From: Bacteroidota bacterium
GTDB taxonomy: Bacteria > Bacteroidota > Bacteroidia > Bacteroidales > PUMT01
Direction of reading: 5' to 3'
Length of the DNA: 28,953 bases
Assembly (NCBI GenBank): GCA_003556985.1
Contig: PWPZ01000025.1
Span: 1 to 28,953, forward strand
Part shown: positions 7,821-17,176 of the stretch, piece by piece
Numbering within the stretch: position 1 is the first letter of the stretch
Layout of the letters: every line of letters starts with the position of its first letter
The notes under the pieces: model-generated
The model's database searches: none
Seen by the model: the letters and a program-made list of their open reading frames with translations, nothing else
Told to the model about the DNA's origin: nothing
Made by a program: the position numbers and the translations under genes

Positions 7821-10800
7821 TTAACGTTTTAATATTATAAATCCTTTGTATGAATAAAGGTTGTCAACACTCAGTATGTAAAAGTATGTGTCTTCGGGCA
7901 GGTGATCACCATTCAGATTTCGGCCGTCCCAGTCATTTCCGTAGTTTTGTGATCTGTAAACCACATTGCCCTGGCGGTTAAAAACGGTCAGCTCATTGAC
8001 AGCCGAGTTTTCCAGTCCCCTGATCACAAACCTGTCATTATAACCGCTGTTGTTGGGAGAAAAGGCATTAGGGGTATGGAGGTCATTTACGGTAATTGTC
8101 ACCAGGTCGGATACCGGCTCACAAACTCCGTTAAAAACGGTCCACTTCATGACATTCGTTCCAAAACCCAGATCAGTCACCATTGTTCCGGGATCGTCAG
8201 GAAAGTAAACAGTTCCTGTTCCCTCCATCAGCTCCCACATGCCATGGGCAGTCGGGATATCTATCGGAAGAGTTGCTTCCAGGTAGGTGTCAAACTGAAA
8301 CTGCAGGTTTTGATCTTCCCCGGCATCGGTGCGGTCAGGCTGCTCGTAGAAAGTGACTGAAATTTCGGCACTTGCCTGGCATTGCCAGTTGGATTCGGTA
8401 TATTTGAAAATGTGGGTACCGTATTCGCTTACCGTTACGCTGGTTGACCTGCCGGTCGGATTGTTGAATTCAGCGCCATATTCCGATTCCCATAAAATAT
8501 TCCCCAGTCCGGCCGAAGCATTCAGTTCATATATCGGTCCGCAGACCTCCCCGTCGGTACCCGGATCGGGATCGGGATAGGCGTATACCCTTACACTTGC
8601 TTCTCCGGTCATATTTTCATCAGGAACAGAACAGCCGTACTTGTCGGTGAGTGACACTAAACGATAGGAAAAAGTTGCAGAATCGACGGTGTGTGGAGCT
8701 ACCGTCACCCGGATGGTATCATCTGTTCCGGCAACAGAATAATGCTCTTCTCCGTCTGAAAACTGTAGTGCCCATTCACCCTGAATATCTCCGCCCTTCA
8801 GGGCGAAGGTTATTTCCGGTTGCTCTCCGTTGCAAATGATATCCTCCTTTTCGATTATCCTGGCGTATGAGAAAGGATGGAATTCAATAAGCACAAGGTT
8901 GCTGGTATCTGTACATGCATTCCCGTCGCCGCTGTGCACGATTCTTCTGAAATAACTGGTGTCAGACAGGGCAGGTGAGCGATAATCCTTTTCCTGATAG
9001 TTATCCGGTGCCGCCGTCCATTGATCATCTCCGGTGGCAACCTGCCAGGCATAGCTGTAGATTCCGTCTCCTCCGGCAGGATCGGAGCCGGTAAAAAGGG
9101 CAGGTGAGTCCAGATAGCAAATTGTCTGATCACCGGAAATGCTATTGTCAGATATCCGGGGCAGTACGGTTATCTTATGCTCCTCACTGGTACTGCTGCA
9201 AACTCCGGAGGTGACTGTCCGCCGGAAATAGGCAGTCAAATGCAATTCATCAGGCAGATATGCTTCCCCGCCCTCTCCGCTAATGGTGCTCCACGGACCG
9301 TCCGTGCGTTTATCCCAGGTATATGAATATGAACCGGGCCCCAGTCCACCGCCCAAACCCTCCGGAGCTTCCACGGGCCCGGGTATGTCGCCGTAGCAAA
9401 TGGTCTGATCCCGAACAAGCGAGTTGTTTGTTATTGAAGGATGTACGTTTACCGGCACGATATTCGAGCTGTCGGTACAGACCCCCGAGGTTGCAATTCT
9501 CATGTACAGGGTTGTATCGTGAAGGGAGAGGGGACTAAAGTCCGGAAGGTTATTTTGATCGCCGGCACGGGACCACTCACCTGCAGCCTCCGTATATTTG
9601 CTCCATGCGTATTCAAAGATGCCTGTGCCCCCCTGTGCCGGCTCATCGCCGGTAAGGAAAAAGGGTGTTTCCCCTTCGCAGATGGTTTGTTCTTCTGATA
9701 TTATATTGCCCATTATTTTTGGCTGGACTGTTATGGTGAGCACGTTGCTGGTATCAATTACAGGATCGCCATCCTGGTCAATGACCACTCTTATGAACTG
9801 GGTGGTCTGATCAAGCTCTTCCGGTCTGTAATCCCTTCCGGTTTCACCGGGAACGGGCATCCATTGGTTTCCTTCAGTTCTTTTAGCCCATCTGTAAATA
9901 TAGTGTGGTTTTCCTCCCCTGGGCTGCGTACCTTCAATCGTATCCGGCCTGATATCTTCGCAAACCACCGGACTCGCAGTCCTTATACCGTTAAAAAGAA
10001 GTCCGTTCAGCGATATTTCAAGCTGGCCGACAGCAACTCCGGAAGATGCGATAGTTGTGCCAAAAGGATCGTTTTGTTGTGTATTGGTTCCGCTTGTCCC
10101 CTGTTGCATGGCTGTATTTGCATTGGAGGGCAGGGTTGTTCCCGAATAGGCTATAGTGCCGCCGCCTCCGCCTCCGCCAGGTCCTGCCATGGAAATATGA
10201 TCAACGTCGCCACCCTTGCCGCCACGGGCAAAAAAATTGATGGTGCCGTTATAATTATCTGTTGATGAAATTATTGTGCCACCCCCGCCGCCCCCGCCGC
10301 CCCCGCCTGCTGCCGGCGGGATGATCGATTCTCCGTCTGCATAGATGCCGTATTCATCCGATGCTTCAATATAATTGGCGATGATTACCACAAGTCCGCC
10401 GCCATGTCCTCCGTCGGTCCCCGGCCTCCCTGAATCTCCTGTTGAGCCTCCTCCTCCACCTCCAAAGAATAAACGGTTTGAGAAATTTCCATCCGTGTCA
10501 CTCAGTTGCTCTTCAAGCCTGTATCCTCCCATGCCTCGCGGAAACTGACCGTCGACGGTAAATTCAGGGCAACTCTGGGATTCCCTGCCTCCCAGGCCAC
10601 CCTGCCCGAAGTTTGAGCCGCCGCCGCCACCCGCATACCGGCCGTTTCCTCCGCCTCCGCCGGTGGCCATCCTGCCGCGTCCATGTACAAATTCATCACC
10701 GATAGGATAAATAACTTCATCTTCCACGTACCAGGAAACAGGACCCTCGCCTTTTTTTCCTGCTTTATCCGATCCCGCAGGGAAGGAGAATTTTTTGTAT

Positions 10801-11441
10801 TCATCCGGATCTCCGGCAGCACATTCATTATTATTGCGCTCCAAACAACCCCCACCCCTGAAACCTTTTGCAGATACATCAATATTGGCTTCCAGTATCA
10901 AGGTGTTGGTGACAATAAAAGCAAGAATACCACCTTTTTCGCCATCCCATGGCTTTGCTGTCAGTGTGCTGGTAACCCGGGCCGATTCATAACCTTTAAC
11001 ACTTACCAGCTGCATTATTTCATGAGCATTGTATTCTTTAAGAAACTCCCTGGTAAAAGTTATTGTATTGCCGTCTATTTCATCTATAAGCAGGAATTCA
11101 TAATTGCCTGCATGATTTATGTCCTGCTGTTTTCCGTAATCTACCGGGGGATCAAGAAGGATACTCATGCCTTTCATCTGGATCAGGAGCACAGTGTCAC
11201 CTTCCTGGAATATCTCCGGATTGCCTGCGGTAACCGACTGGCTTCCTGTGATGGATTCTACTGTGGAATATTCATTTATTATACCTCCTATTTCAGTCTG
11301 CGCACAAAGCGGATGAAATAAAACCAATGCCGGCAATAAAAAGAATAATATACGGCTAACCACCGTTAATTTCCTTATAGCGCGACTATGAGTAGAAGTT
11401 GCCAATATTGCCGTTATGTTAATTATCCGCCATATGCACAT
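7821..11441 (-). CDS. T9SS type-B cargo (gliding-motility-associated CTD), putative surface adhesin with Gly-rich head and Ig-like stalk
   Basis: C-terminal HTPNAFSPNNSGYNDRFVI...VFNRQGNVVY...WDG...LPEDTYFYIL...GFIILKR matches the type-B (CHU_C/TIGR04131-type) CTD. It has a signal-like N-terminus, poly-Gly segments and Cys-paired ~90-aa repeats, and lies directly upstream of a PorP/SprF gene. The exact start is uncertain. Confidence 0.92.
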   Translation of the reverse strand: MCIWRIINITAILATSTHSRAIRKLTVVSRILFFLLPALVLFHPLCAQTEIGGIINEYSTVESITGSQSVTAGNPEIFQEGDTVLLIQMKGMSILLDPPVDYGKQQDINHAGNYEFLLIDEIDGNTITFTREFLKEYNAHEIMQLVSVKGYESARVTSTLTAKPWDGEKGGILAFIVTNTLILEANIDVSAKGFRGGGCLERNNNECAAGDPDEYKKFSFPAGSDKAGKKGEGPVSWYVEDEVIYPIGDEFVHGRGRMATGGGGGNGRYAGGGGGSNFGQGGLGGRESQSCPEFTVDGQFPRGMGGYRLEEQLSDTDGNFSNRLFFGGGGGGSTGDSGRPGTDGGHGGGLVVIIANYIEASDEYGIYADGESIIPPAAGGGGGGGGGGTIISSTDNYNGTINFFARGGKGGDVDHISMAGPGGGGGGGTIAYSGTTLPSNANTAMQQGTSGTNTQQNDPFGTTIASSGVAVGQLEISLNGLLFNGIRTASPVVCEDIRPDTIEGTQPRGGKPHYIYRWAKRTEGNQWMPVPGETGRDYRPEELDQTTQFIRVVIDQDGDPVIDTSNVLTITVQPKIMGNIISEEQTICEGETPFFLTGDEPAQGGTGIFEYAWSKYTEAAGEWSRAGDQNNLPDFSPLSLHDTTLYMRIATSGVCTDSSNIVPVNVHPSITNNSLVRDQTICYGDIPGPVEAPEGLGGGLGPGSYSYTWDKRTDGPWSTISGEGGEAYLPDELHLTAYFRRTVTSGVCSSTSEEHKITVLPRISDNSISGDQTICYLDSPALFTGSDPAGGDGIYSYAWQVATGDDQWTAAPDNYQEKDYRSPALSDTSYFRRIVHSGDGNACTDTSNLVLIEFHPFSYARIIEKEDIICNGEQPEITFALKGGDIQGEWALQFSDGEEHYSVAGTDDTIRVTVAPHTVDSATFSYRLVSLTDKYGCSVPDENMTGEASVRVYAYPDPDPGTDGEVCGPIYELNASAGLGNILWESEYGAEFNNPTGRSTSVTVSEYGTHIFKYTESNWQCQASAEISVTFYEQPDRTDAGEDQNLQFQFDTYLEATLPIDIPTAHGMWELMEGTGTVYFPDDPGTMVTDLGFGTNVMKWTVFNGVCEPVSDLVTITVNDLHTPNAFSPNNSGYNDRFVIRGLENSAVNELTVFNRQGNVVYRSQNYGNDWDGRNLNGDHLPEDTYFYILSVDNLYSYKGFIILKR
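8875..9990 (-). repeat. Four diverged tandem ~90-95-aa Ig-like protein repeats in the T9SS cargo
   Basis: Consensus ..DQTIC....P....G..P.GG.G...Y.W......W........DY.P..L..T..FRR.V.SG.C...SN.V.I.V.P is visible four times in the translation (SPVVCED, EQTICEG, DQTICYG, DQTICYL). Boundaries are approximate. Confidence 0.85.
10282..10308 (-). repeat. 9-bp GC-rich tandem repeat encoding part of a Gly11 run
   Basis: Plus strand reads CCCCCGCCG CCCCCGCCG CCCCCGCCT; translation PPAAGGGGGGGGGGGTII. Confidence 0.9.
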
Positions 11442-11487
11442 GCCGGAGTCAATAATTACCTGAAAAATGAAGCACTGGTAAACAACC

Positions 11488-11495
11488 CAAATATA
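11488..11495 (-). promoter_or_regulatory. Bacteroidota primary-sigma -7 element (TATATTTG) for the T9SS cargo operon
   Basis: Exact TAnnTTTG match on the minus strand in the 90-bp gap between the kinase stop and the cargo start. There is no clear -33 TTTG. Confidence 0.55.
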
Positions 11496-11531
11496 ACAAT
11501 AACTATAATATTTGGTACAGTGCCCTGAAAC

Positions 11532-14500
11532 TTAATGACTGGTCTTTGCATATGGGAGTCTGAAAAAGAAACAGCTGCCTTTATTGTATTCACTGTTAAA
11601 TCCGACGCTGCCGCCTGACTGCTCTACAGTGTTTTTTACTATTGCCAGGCCTAACCCCATCCCTCCTGATTTGGTTGTAAAATTGGGAGTAAACATCTTT
11701 TTCTTTGCTTCTTCCGGTATGCCGGACCCGTTATCACGAATTTCAACCAGCGCCGTCTCTTTTTCTCCAATAAGTTCTATGTTGATTTGACCTTTTCTGT
11801 CCCTTGGAACAGACTGGATCGAGTTTTTTATCAGATTAATCAGTATGCGGTTCAGTTGCATTTTATCGGCCACTACATCAAGTTTCCTTATGCCGTTTAA
11901 ATTGACCGAAATTTCAACATTGTCAGTGTTGGTAAAAAGTCCGGCAACATTGGTTATTGAATTTACAATATCCGCTTCCGATGAGGTGGCTCTTGGCATT
12001 TTCGCGAAATTTGAAAAGGCAGTGGCTATAGAAGAAAGATGGTCTATCTGCTCTATCAGGTTGCGGGTGGTTTTTCTGAAAATAACATCCCAGTTATCAA
12101 CTTTGTCTTCCCATGACCTTTGCAAATGCTGAATGCTTAACTTCATTGGTGTAAGAGGGTTTTTTATCTCGTGGGCTACTTGCTTGGCCATTTCTCTCCA
12201 TGCACTTTCACGTTCTGATGTTGCAAGTAAACCGGCACTTTTTTCAAGCTCGCCTACCATACGGTTGTATTCTCTTATAAGGCTTCCTATTTCATCATCA
12301 CTGTCATAATCGATCTGCTCATTCGTTCTTTCCAGTGATAGCTTACGGATTTTGTTCTTTATAAGTTGCAGCGGTTTTGTTATTGTATTGGAAACGATTA
12401 CTGCAATAACTATTGTGATCAATATGAGAATGGCATATATATTGGCTACCGCTACTACAAGTGTGTAGATTTCTTTTTTCAGTATTGATTGTCTTGTAAA
12501 ATAGGGGAGATTAATATACGACAGCACTTCATTGTTAGCATTGGTAAGGGGCACATAAGCCGAAAGAAATGAAAGATTGCTGATAGACTCCTTGTGCACA
12601 AACCTTGCATTATTTTTAAGCAGCATTTCCGAATAAGCTCTTGGATTCACCTGCTCCCCGATCAATCCAAGGTCAAAAACTTCCGGACGTGAGGAAGCAT
12701 ATAAATTCCCCCGGAGGTCATACATGTTAATATCAGTATAAAATACATTGGAAAGCCTGATCAGCATCCCGGTAATATAATAACTCATTTCAGGAGTGAG
12801 TTCACTTTCCAGGCCGAGCCTGTATTCCATGTCAATAAGCACTGACTGGATTTTTTCACTTATCTTTTCATACTGCTGGTTTTCGAATTGCCTGATATTG
12901 TAATAGATTGTTCCTGCTCCTATTATTATCAGAGAAAGCAGCAGTGCCCCTATCATGGAAATTTTGATCTTGTTCTTGAAATCTATCCGCCATTTTCTGA
13001 GGTTAACAGGGTAATAGTAAATTAAAAGGGCAAGACTGTACAGAAGATAAAAAAAGACGAAGCTGTAAGAAAATGATGTTAGCAGATCGATTGTTGTTGT
13101 TTCAGGCCTGCTGAGAACAATTACGTTTTGGTTGTCAATGTAATAGACAAAGTGCTCGAAGCCTTCCTTTTCAATGAAATTAAATTCTTCATCCTCAGTG
13201 CGGTTTAATTGTAAATGCAATGGATAGGCATAATCGCCCGATGTGGTGATCAATCTTTCATTGACATATTTTGCGTATGAATAATGATTGATTATCTGGT
13301 TGTTTGTGAATGTCCCTTCAATAAGAAACTCGGGATAGCCAAGATGGGCATCCATGATTTTGCTGTCGAGCGATATAAAAACGGTCTGTTCGTAAGGATA
13401 ATGGTCAAGTTCTATCAAAATTGTTCCAAGATAGCTTATTCTGCCGTTCAGGTTATCAAGAAAATAGAAATCCGAACCCGGAGAAACCGGTACTCCGAAC
13501 CGCTCAATCATATCATAAAAGAAAAAATAACAGTCCACCAGTTCATTGACATCTTCCAAAAGAAGATCGGTGTTATCTCCGCATGTTGCTACCTGTAGTT
13601 CGTATTTCCTGAAATAGCCATCAAAATAATTGTCCCTCAGGTATTCATACAAGACATAATCGTCATGATGCGGCGACTCCATGGTAGAAGGGATAAGGTT
13701 ATCTTCCCTGAGGTCAGAACCGGTTTCTTCAAGCAGGAACTCGGCAACCTGGTCTCGTTCGTTGGCGAGGTTGACGGCGATTACCTGCATGATGTTTTTT
13801 TGTTTTTCCCGGCTTTTGCTGGTTATAAATGCAAGAGTGAAAAGTGAGATCAGAAAAACCAGGAATACCTGGAAAGTATATGAATAGCGAAATTTGAAAT
13901 ATCTTATGCCTGTTATGCTTCCTGTAAGCAAAATAAAGAATATTATAGTATACAGGCCTATGATGTTACCGGAATATATAAAAGCCAGTATGCCGGTGAT
14001 CAGGGTTACCGAAAAAATAACTGCAAAACTCCTGAATCCAACAAGGGTTGATGAGATAAAAATGATTTTGTCTGCAAATAGAACAACTGAAGCCAGCAGC
14101 ATGGCCAGAATGAGATAAGCTATCAGGCTAAGCTGGTTGAGATAGATGAAGTTGTAAACTTCAAGCTGGATGTTGGAGTTAAAAATCAGGCCCGTAAACA
14201 AAAGGTGGATAAAAAGCAAAAAGCCAACGAGAAAGATGCTGGATATCAAAACAATTATGGTTCGCTTGAATTTACCTGAGTTTGTAGTTTTACTCCCTGA
14301 CCTGAAGTAGACTGAAAAGCAGATTGCAGCAAAGAATATAAAGACTGCATTTATAAGAAAGTCTCCAAGAGAAGGAAAAAATGATGATTTTGCATAATGC
14401 TGGGGCTGAAAAAGCGAATAACTTTTAAACAGTTGAGGATAGCCTGTTTCCAGCATCAGGTACCTTATTAAGATCAGCAATATAAATATGCCTGCGACCC

Positions 14501-15242
14501 AGAGATTTTTTCCGGTTACCGTGTTAATGTTAAAAAAACGAAAACTCCGGTAAAAAAACAGGAGCAGCAGAAATATCGCCAGTGAATGGAAAAAGCAGGC
14601 GACCAGGGTGAAAAAGGAACCGTAGACCGGAGGATGGGGCTCAATTAAGGAAAAAAGATAATTTCCGTCAGTATCGGTTATTATATTGTCTTCCTCATTG
14701 TTGAAACCAAGTTCCACTTCAGGAAAGAGATTAAAGTCAGGATGAAAGTCGTTTACAAGGAATTCATTTTCAAAAGAATAATCGTACTTGACCAGGATGA
14801 GCCCGAAGAGATTAAGTGTGTCATTTGGTTGAGTGCCGGTAACCACGTACCAGCCATTCCCCGGATTTATGACATTTTGTTCAGTGTTTACTATGGATTC
14901 ACTTATTTGAAGCGGTATTACATTGCTGTTCCAGAACCTCAGTTCGTTGCCCTGATAAGCAAGCAGAACTATACCATCTTCCCTGTATGTGTCATAATAT
15001 ATTTCCGAGTGATTTTCAATAAACTGATCCAGACCCTCGCTGCTTATTAAATAACCTATTTCCTTAAGGTCGGCAGAGGCTTTGTTTAGCTTTTTGTCCA
15101 TTGCTTTTTGAAAACCGGCCGGGTTTATCCTCCTGGTATCAAGATTTTCCGCATTATTTTCTAAGATCACTGCCGTTGCAAAGGCAGCGGCCATGAAAGC
15201 CAGGATCCTGAATTTATATGCAATATGGAAAAAGTGCGTCAT
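11532..15242 (-). CDS. Large multi-TM sensor histidine kinase (HAMP + HisKA + HATPase_c, NtrY-like kinase core)
   Basis: H-box WREMAKQVAHEIKNPLTPMKL, N-box RILINLIKNSIQ, G1 IRDNGSGI, F/G2 FTPNFTTKSGGMGLGLAIV and HAMP ITKPLQLI...DEIGSLIREYNRMV. Many hydrophobic segments lie in the N-terminal two thirds. Confidence 0.92.
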   Translation of the reverse strand: MTHFFHIAYKFRILAFMAAAFATAVILENNAENLDTRRINPAGFQKAMDKKLNKASADLKEIGYLISSEGLDQFIENHSEIYYDTYREDGIVLLAYQGNELRFWNSNVIPLQISESIVNTEQNVINPGNGWYVVTGTQPNDTLNLFGLILVKYDYSFENEFLVNDFHPDFNLFPEVELGFNNEEDNIITDTDGNYLFSLIEPHPPVYGSFFTLVACFFHSLAIFLLLLFFYRSFRFFNINTVTGKNLWVAGIFILLILIRYLMLETGYPQLFKSYSLFQPQHYAKSSFFPSLGDFLINAVFIFFAAICFSVYFRSGSKTTNSGKFKRTIIVLISSIFLVGFLLFIHLLFTGLIFNSNIQLEVYNFIYLNQLSLIAYLILAMLLASVVLFADKIIFISSTLVGFRSFAVIFSVTLITGILAFIYSGNIIGLYTIIFFILLTGSITGIRYFKFRYSYTFQVFLVFLISLFTLAFITSKSREKQKNIMQVIAVNLANERDQVAEFLLEETGSDLREDNLIPSTMESPHHDDYVLYEYLRDNYFDGYFRKYELQVATCGDNTDLLLEDVNELVDCYFFFYDMIERFGVPVSPGSDFYFLDNLNGRISYLGTILIELDHYPYEQTVFISLDSKIMDAHLGYPEFLIEGTFTNNQIINHYSYAKYVNERLITTSGDYAYPLHLQLNRTEDEEFNFIEKEGFEHFVYYIDNQNVIVLSRPETTTIDLLTSFSYSFVFFYLLYSLALLIYYYPVNLRKWRIDFKNKIKISMIGALLLSLIIIGAGTIYYNIRQFENQQYEKISEKIQSVLIDMEYRLGLESELTPEMSYYITGMLIRLSNVFYTDINMYDLRGNLYASSRPEVFDLGLIGEQVNPRAYSEMLLKNNARFVHKESISNLSFLSAYVPLTNANNEVLSYINLPYFTRQSILKKEIYTLVVAVANIYAILILITIVIAVIVSNTITKPLQLIKNKIRKLSLERTNEQIDYDSDDEIGSLIREYNRMVGELEKSAGLLATSERESAWREMAKQVAHEIKNPLTPMKLSIQHLQRSWEDKVDNWDVIFRKTTRNLIEQIDHLSSIATAFSNFAKMPRATSSEADIVNSITNVAGLFTNTDNVEISVNLNGIRKLDVVADKMQLNRILINLIKNSIQSVPRDRKGQINIELIGEKETALVEIRDNGSGIPEEAKKKMFTPNFTTKSGGMGLGLAIVKNTVEQSGGSVGFNSEYNKGSCFFFRLPYAKTSH

Positions 15243-15274
15243 ATTAAATTAATGCATCTGCTTTATTCGGTATT

Positions 15275-15742
15275 TTACCTGTGATGATATGGTTCTCCCC
15301 TGATAATGGTCATGGCCCTGTAAATTTGCTCAACAAGTATAAGTCTTACCATTTGATGTGAAAAGGTCATATCGGAAAGAGAAATTGACCTGTGAGCCTT
15401 TTCCCTGGTATCCTGCGGAAAACCATATGCTCCACCGGTAATGAAAACCAGCTCCTTATAACCCTGGTTCATTGTTTTTTCAATAAACCGGGCAAAATCA
15501 ACAGAACTGAATTTTTCACCTTTCTCATCCAAAATTACAACATATGAAGTATTGTCGAACTCCGGTATCGGCTTGTCGTTATCGCGCGACTGACCCGATA
15601 TCTTCCCCGGCTTCTTTTTACGCTCGCCTGTTATTTTGATTTCATGAGGGATATATCTCTTGAGACGTTTTGTGTAAATTCCTATTCCCTCTTTCAGGTA
15701 CCCATCTTCGGTTTTCCCTGTAAATAACAAAACAATCTTCAT
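15275..15742 (-). CDS. rlmH: 23S rRNA (pseudouridine1915-N3)-methyltransferase RlmH
   Basis: 155 aa with SPOUT motifs LDEKGEKFSSVDFA, FITGGAYGF and SLSDMTFSHQMVRLILVEQIYRAMTIIRGEPYHH. Confidence 0.95.
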   Translation of the reverse strand: MKIVLLFTGKTEDGYLKEGIGIYTKRLKRYIPHEIKITGERKKKPGKISGQSRDNDKPIPEFDNTSYVVILDEKGEKFSSVDFARFIEKTMNQGYKELVFITGGAYGFPQDTREKAHRSISLSDMTFSHQMVRLILVEQIYRAMTIIRGEPYHHR

Positions 15743-15857
15743 TCTACGGCTTAATTCAATTTTTTAATAAAACAATATAGCTTTAGAAATATTGCAAATA
15801 ATAAGTGAGAAAACTGGTTTTTTATTAATAAGTGGCTTACTTTTTGATAATATAATT

Positions 15858-15865
15858 TAGTTTTG
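15858..15865 (+). promoter_or_regulatory. Candidate -7 element (TAGTTTTG) upstream of the DUF4783-like gene
   Basis: Exact TAnnTTTG match in an AT-rich divergent intergenic region. No correctly spaced -33 element. Confidence 0.45.
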
Positions 15866-16018
15866 CCATATTGCCGGTTATCCGGCAAATATAACTTATA
15901 GGTTTGTTTAAAACGATGTTTTTGCCGACTGGTTTAATATTATACCTGGTATTCATGTTATTTTGTCTGCCGTAGGCTGATGCGGGTTTCATTTTAATTA
16001 AATTTAAATTGTATACAA

Positions 16019-16423
16019 ATGCATATTAATCTCCGATTTTTTTCGCTGCTGGTGATTGCAGTCCTTAGTTTCCCTTTATTTGGTGCTGCACAGTCGTCTC
16101 AGATCCCGGAGGGGATAATAAAATCATTCAACAATGGCAATTCACGGGAGCTCTCCCGTCATTTCAATGAAAATATTGAACTGGTTCTACGCACCAGAGA
16201 AGATGTTTACAGCAAAACTCAGGCCGAACTTATTTTGAGAGGGTTTTTTTCAGAAAACAGCCCGGTTAAGTTTGAATTGCTGCATTCAGGCGGAAAGGAA
16301 GCATCACGGTATGCAATAGGTAATCTGAAGACCGAAAAAGGGGATTACCGGATATATTTTCTGCTTAAGGTCAGGGAAGGAGTTCCGCTTATTCATTTAC
16401 TACGGATCGAAATTTCCGAATAA
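16019..16423 (+). CDS. DUF4783-like exported protein
   Basis: Signal peptide, then I..SFNNGNSRELSRHF...ELV...EDVYSKTQAELILRGFF..N.P..F..LH.G......YAIG.L.T..G.YRIYF, which I recognise as the Bacteroidota DUF4783 family. From memory this family often neighbours rlmH. Confidence 0.75.
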   Translation: MHINLRFFSLLVIAVLSFPLFGAAQSSQIPEGIIKSFNNGNSRELSRHFNENIELVLRTREDVYSKTQAELILRGFFSENSPVKFELLHSGGKEASRYAIGNLKTEKGDYRIYFLLKVREGVPLIHLLRIEISE

Positions 16424-16517
16424 ATGGCCGATTAAGAGATCGCATCCTTATTCAGAGGCTCCCATTTTGAGACACTGCGGTCCCTTAATTTACACCAGCC
16501 GGAGCATCCTTTAGGGT

Positions 16518-16559
16518 AAAAAAAATACCTCGTCACAATAAATGACAGGTATTTTTTTT
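16518..16559. terminator. Bidirectional intrinsic terminator between the DUF4783-like gene and the ECF sigma gene
   Basis: A8-TACCT(C)GTCA-caataaa-TGAC-AGGTA-T8, lying between convergent genes. Confidence 0.8.
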
Positions 16560-16619
16560 CTGTGTGTAAAGCTAAAGGGCGGAATCCGGTTTGCAATTTT
16601 TGGATTGCAGGTTGTAATA

Positions 16620-17135
16620 TCAGGATTTGCCCGGTTCGTATTCTTCCAGAGCCTTCATTAATTTTTTTCTTGAGAAGAATATCCTGCTTTTCACGGTTCC
16701 GATATTAAGATTCATTTCTTCGGCAATTTCCTTGTATTTATAGCCTGAAGTGTGCATTTTAAATGGAATCCTGAACTCATCCTCAAGAGATTCAACCTTT
16801 TTGTTTATTTCCTGTAGAGAAATACTTGTATCGGGTTTGGATGAAGCCGATTCTTCTGCCTTGCTCAGGAAATACAAATCCTTGGTATTATCAAAGGTTG
16901 TGTTTTGTTTGACAGACTTTCTGTAATTATTAATGAATGTGTTTTTCAGAATGGTGAAGGTCCAGGCTTTTAAATTGGACTGATCGGTAAACTGTTCACG
17001 GTATGTAAGCGCCTTCAGAAAAGTTTCCTGGACAAGGTCCCGCGCATCTTCCTGATTAGCAGTTAAGCTGTAGGCGAATCTTTCAAGGTTTTTTTCCAGA
17101 TTAACCAGCTGATGATTGAATTCAATTGCAGTCAT
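16620..17135 (-). CDS. ECF (group 4) RNA polymerase sigma-70 factor
   Basis: 171 aa. Region 2 is DARDLVQETFLKAL...LKAWTFTILKNTFINNYRK and region 4 HTH is YKYKEIAEEMNLNIGTVKSRIFFSRKKL. No adjacent anti-sigma gene. Confidence 0.93.
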   Translation of the reverse strand: MTAIEFNHQLVNLEKNLERFAYSLTANQEDARDLVQETFLKALTYREQFTDQSNLKAWTFTILKNTFINNYRKSVKQNTTFDNTKDLYFLSKAEESASSKPDTSISLQEINKKVESLEDEFRIPFKMHTSGYKYKEIAEEMNLNIGTVKSRIFFSRKKLMKALEEYEPGKS

Positions 17136-17176
17136 GGGTGCTATGTTTTTAGTTTACTTATCGTATTAATGTTTAA

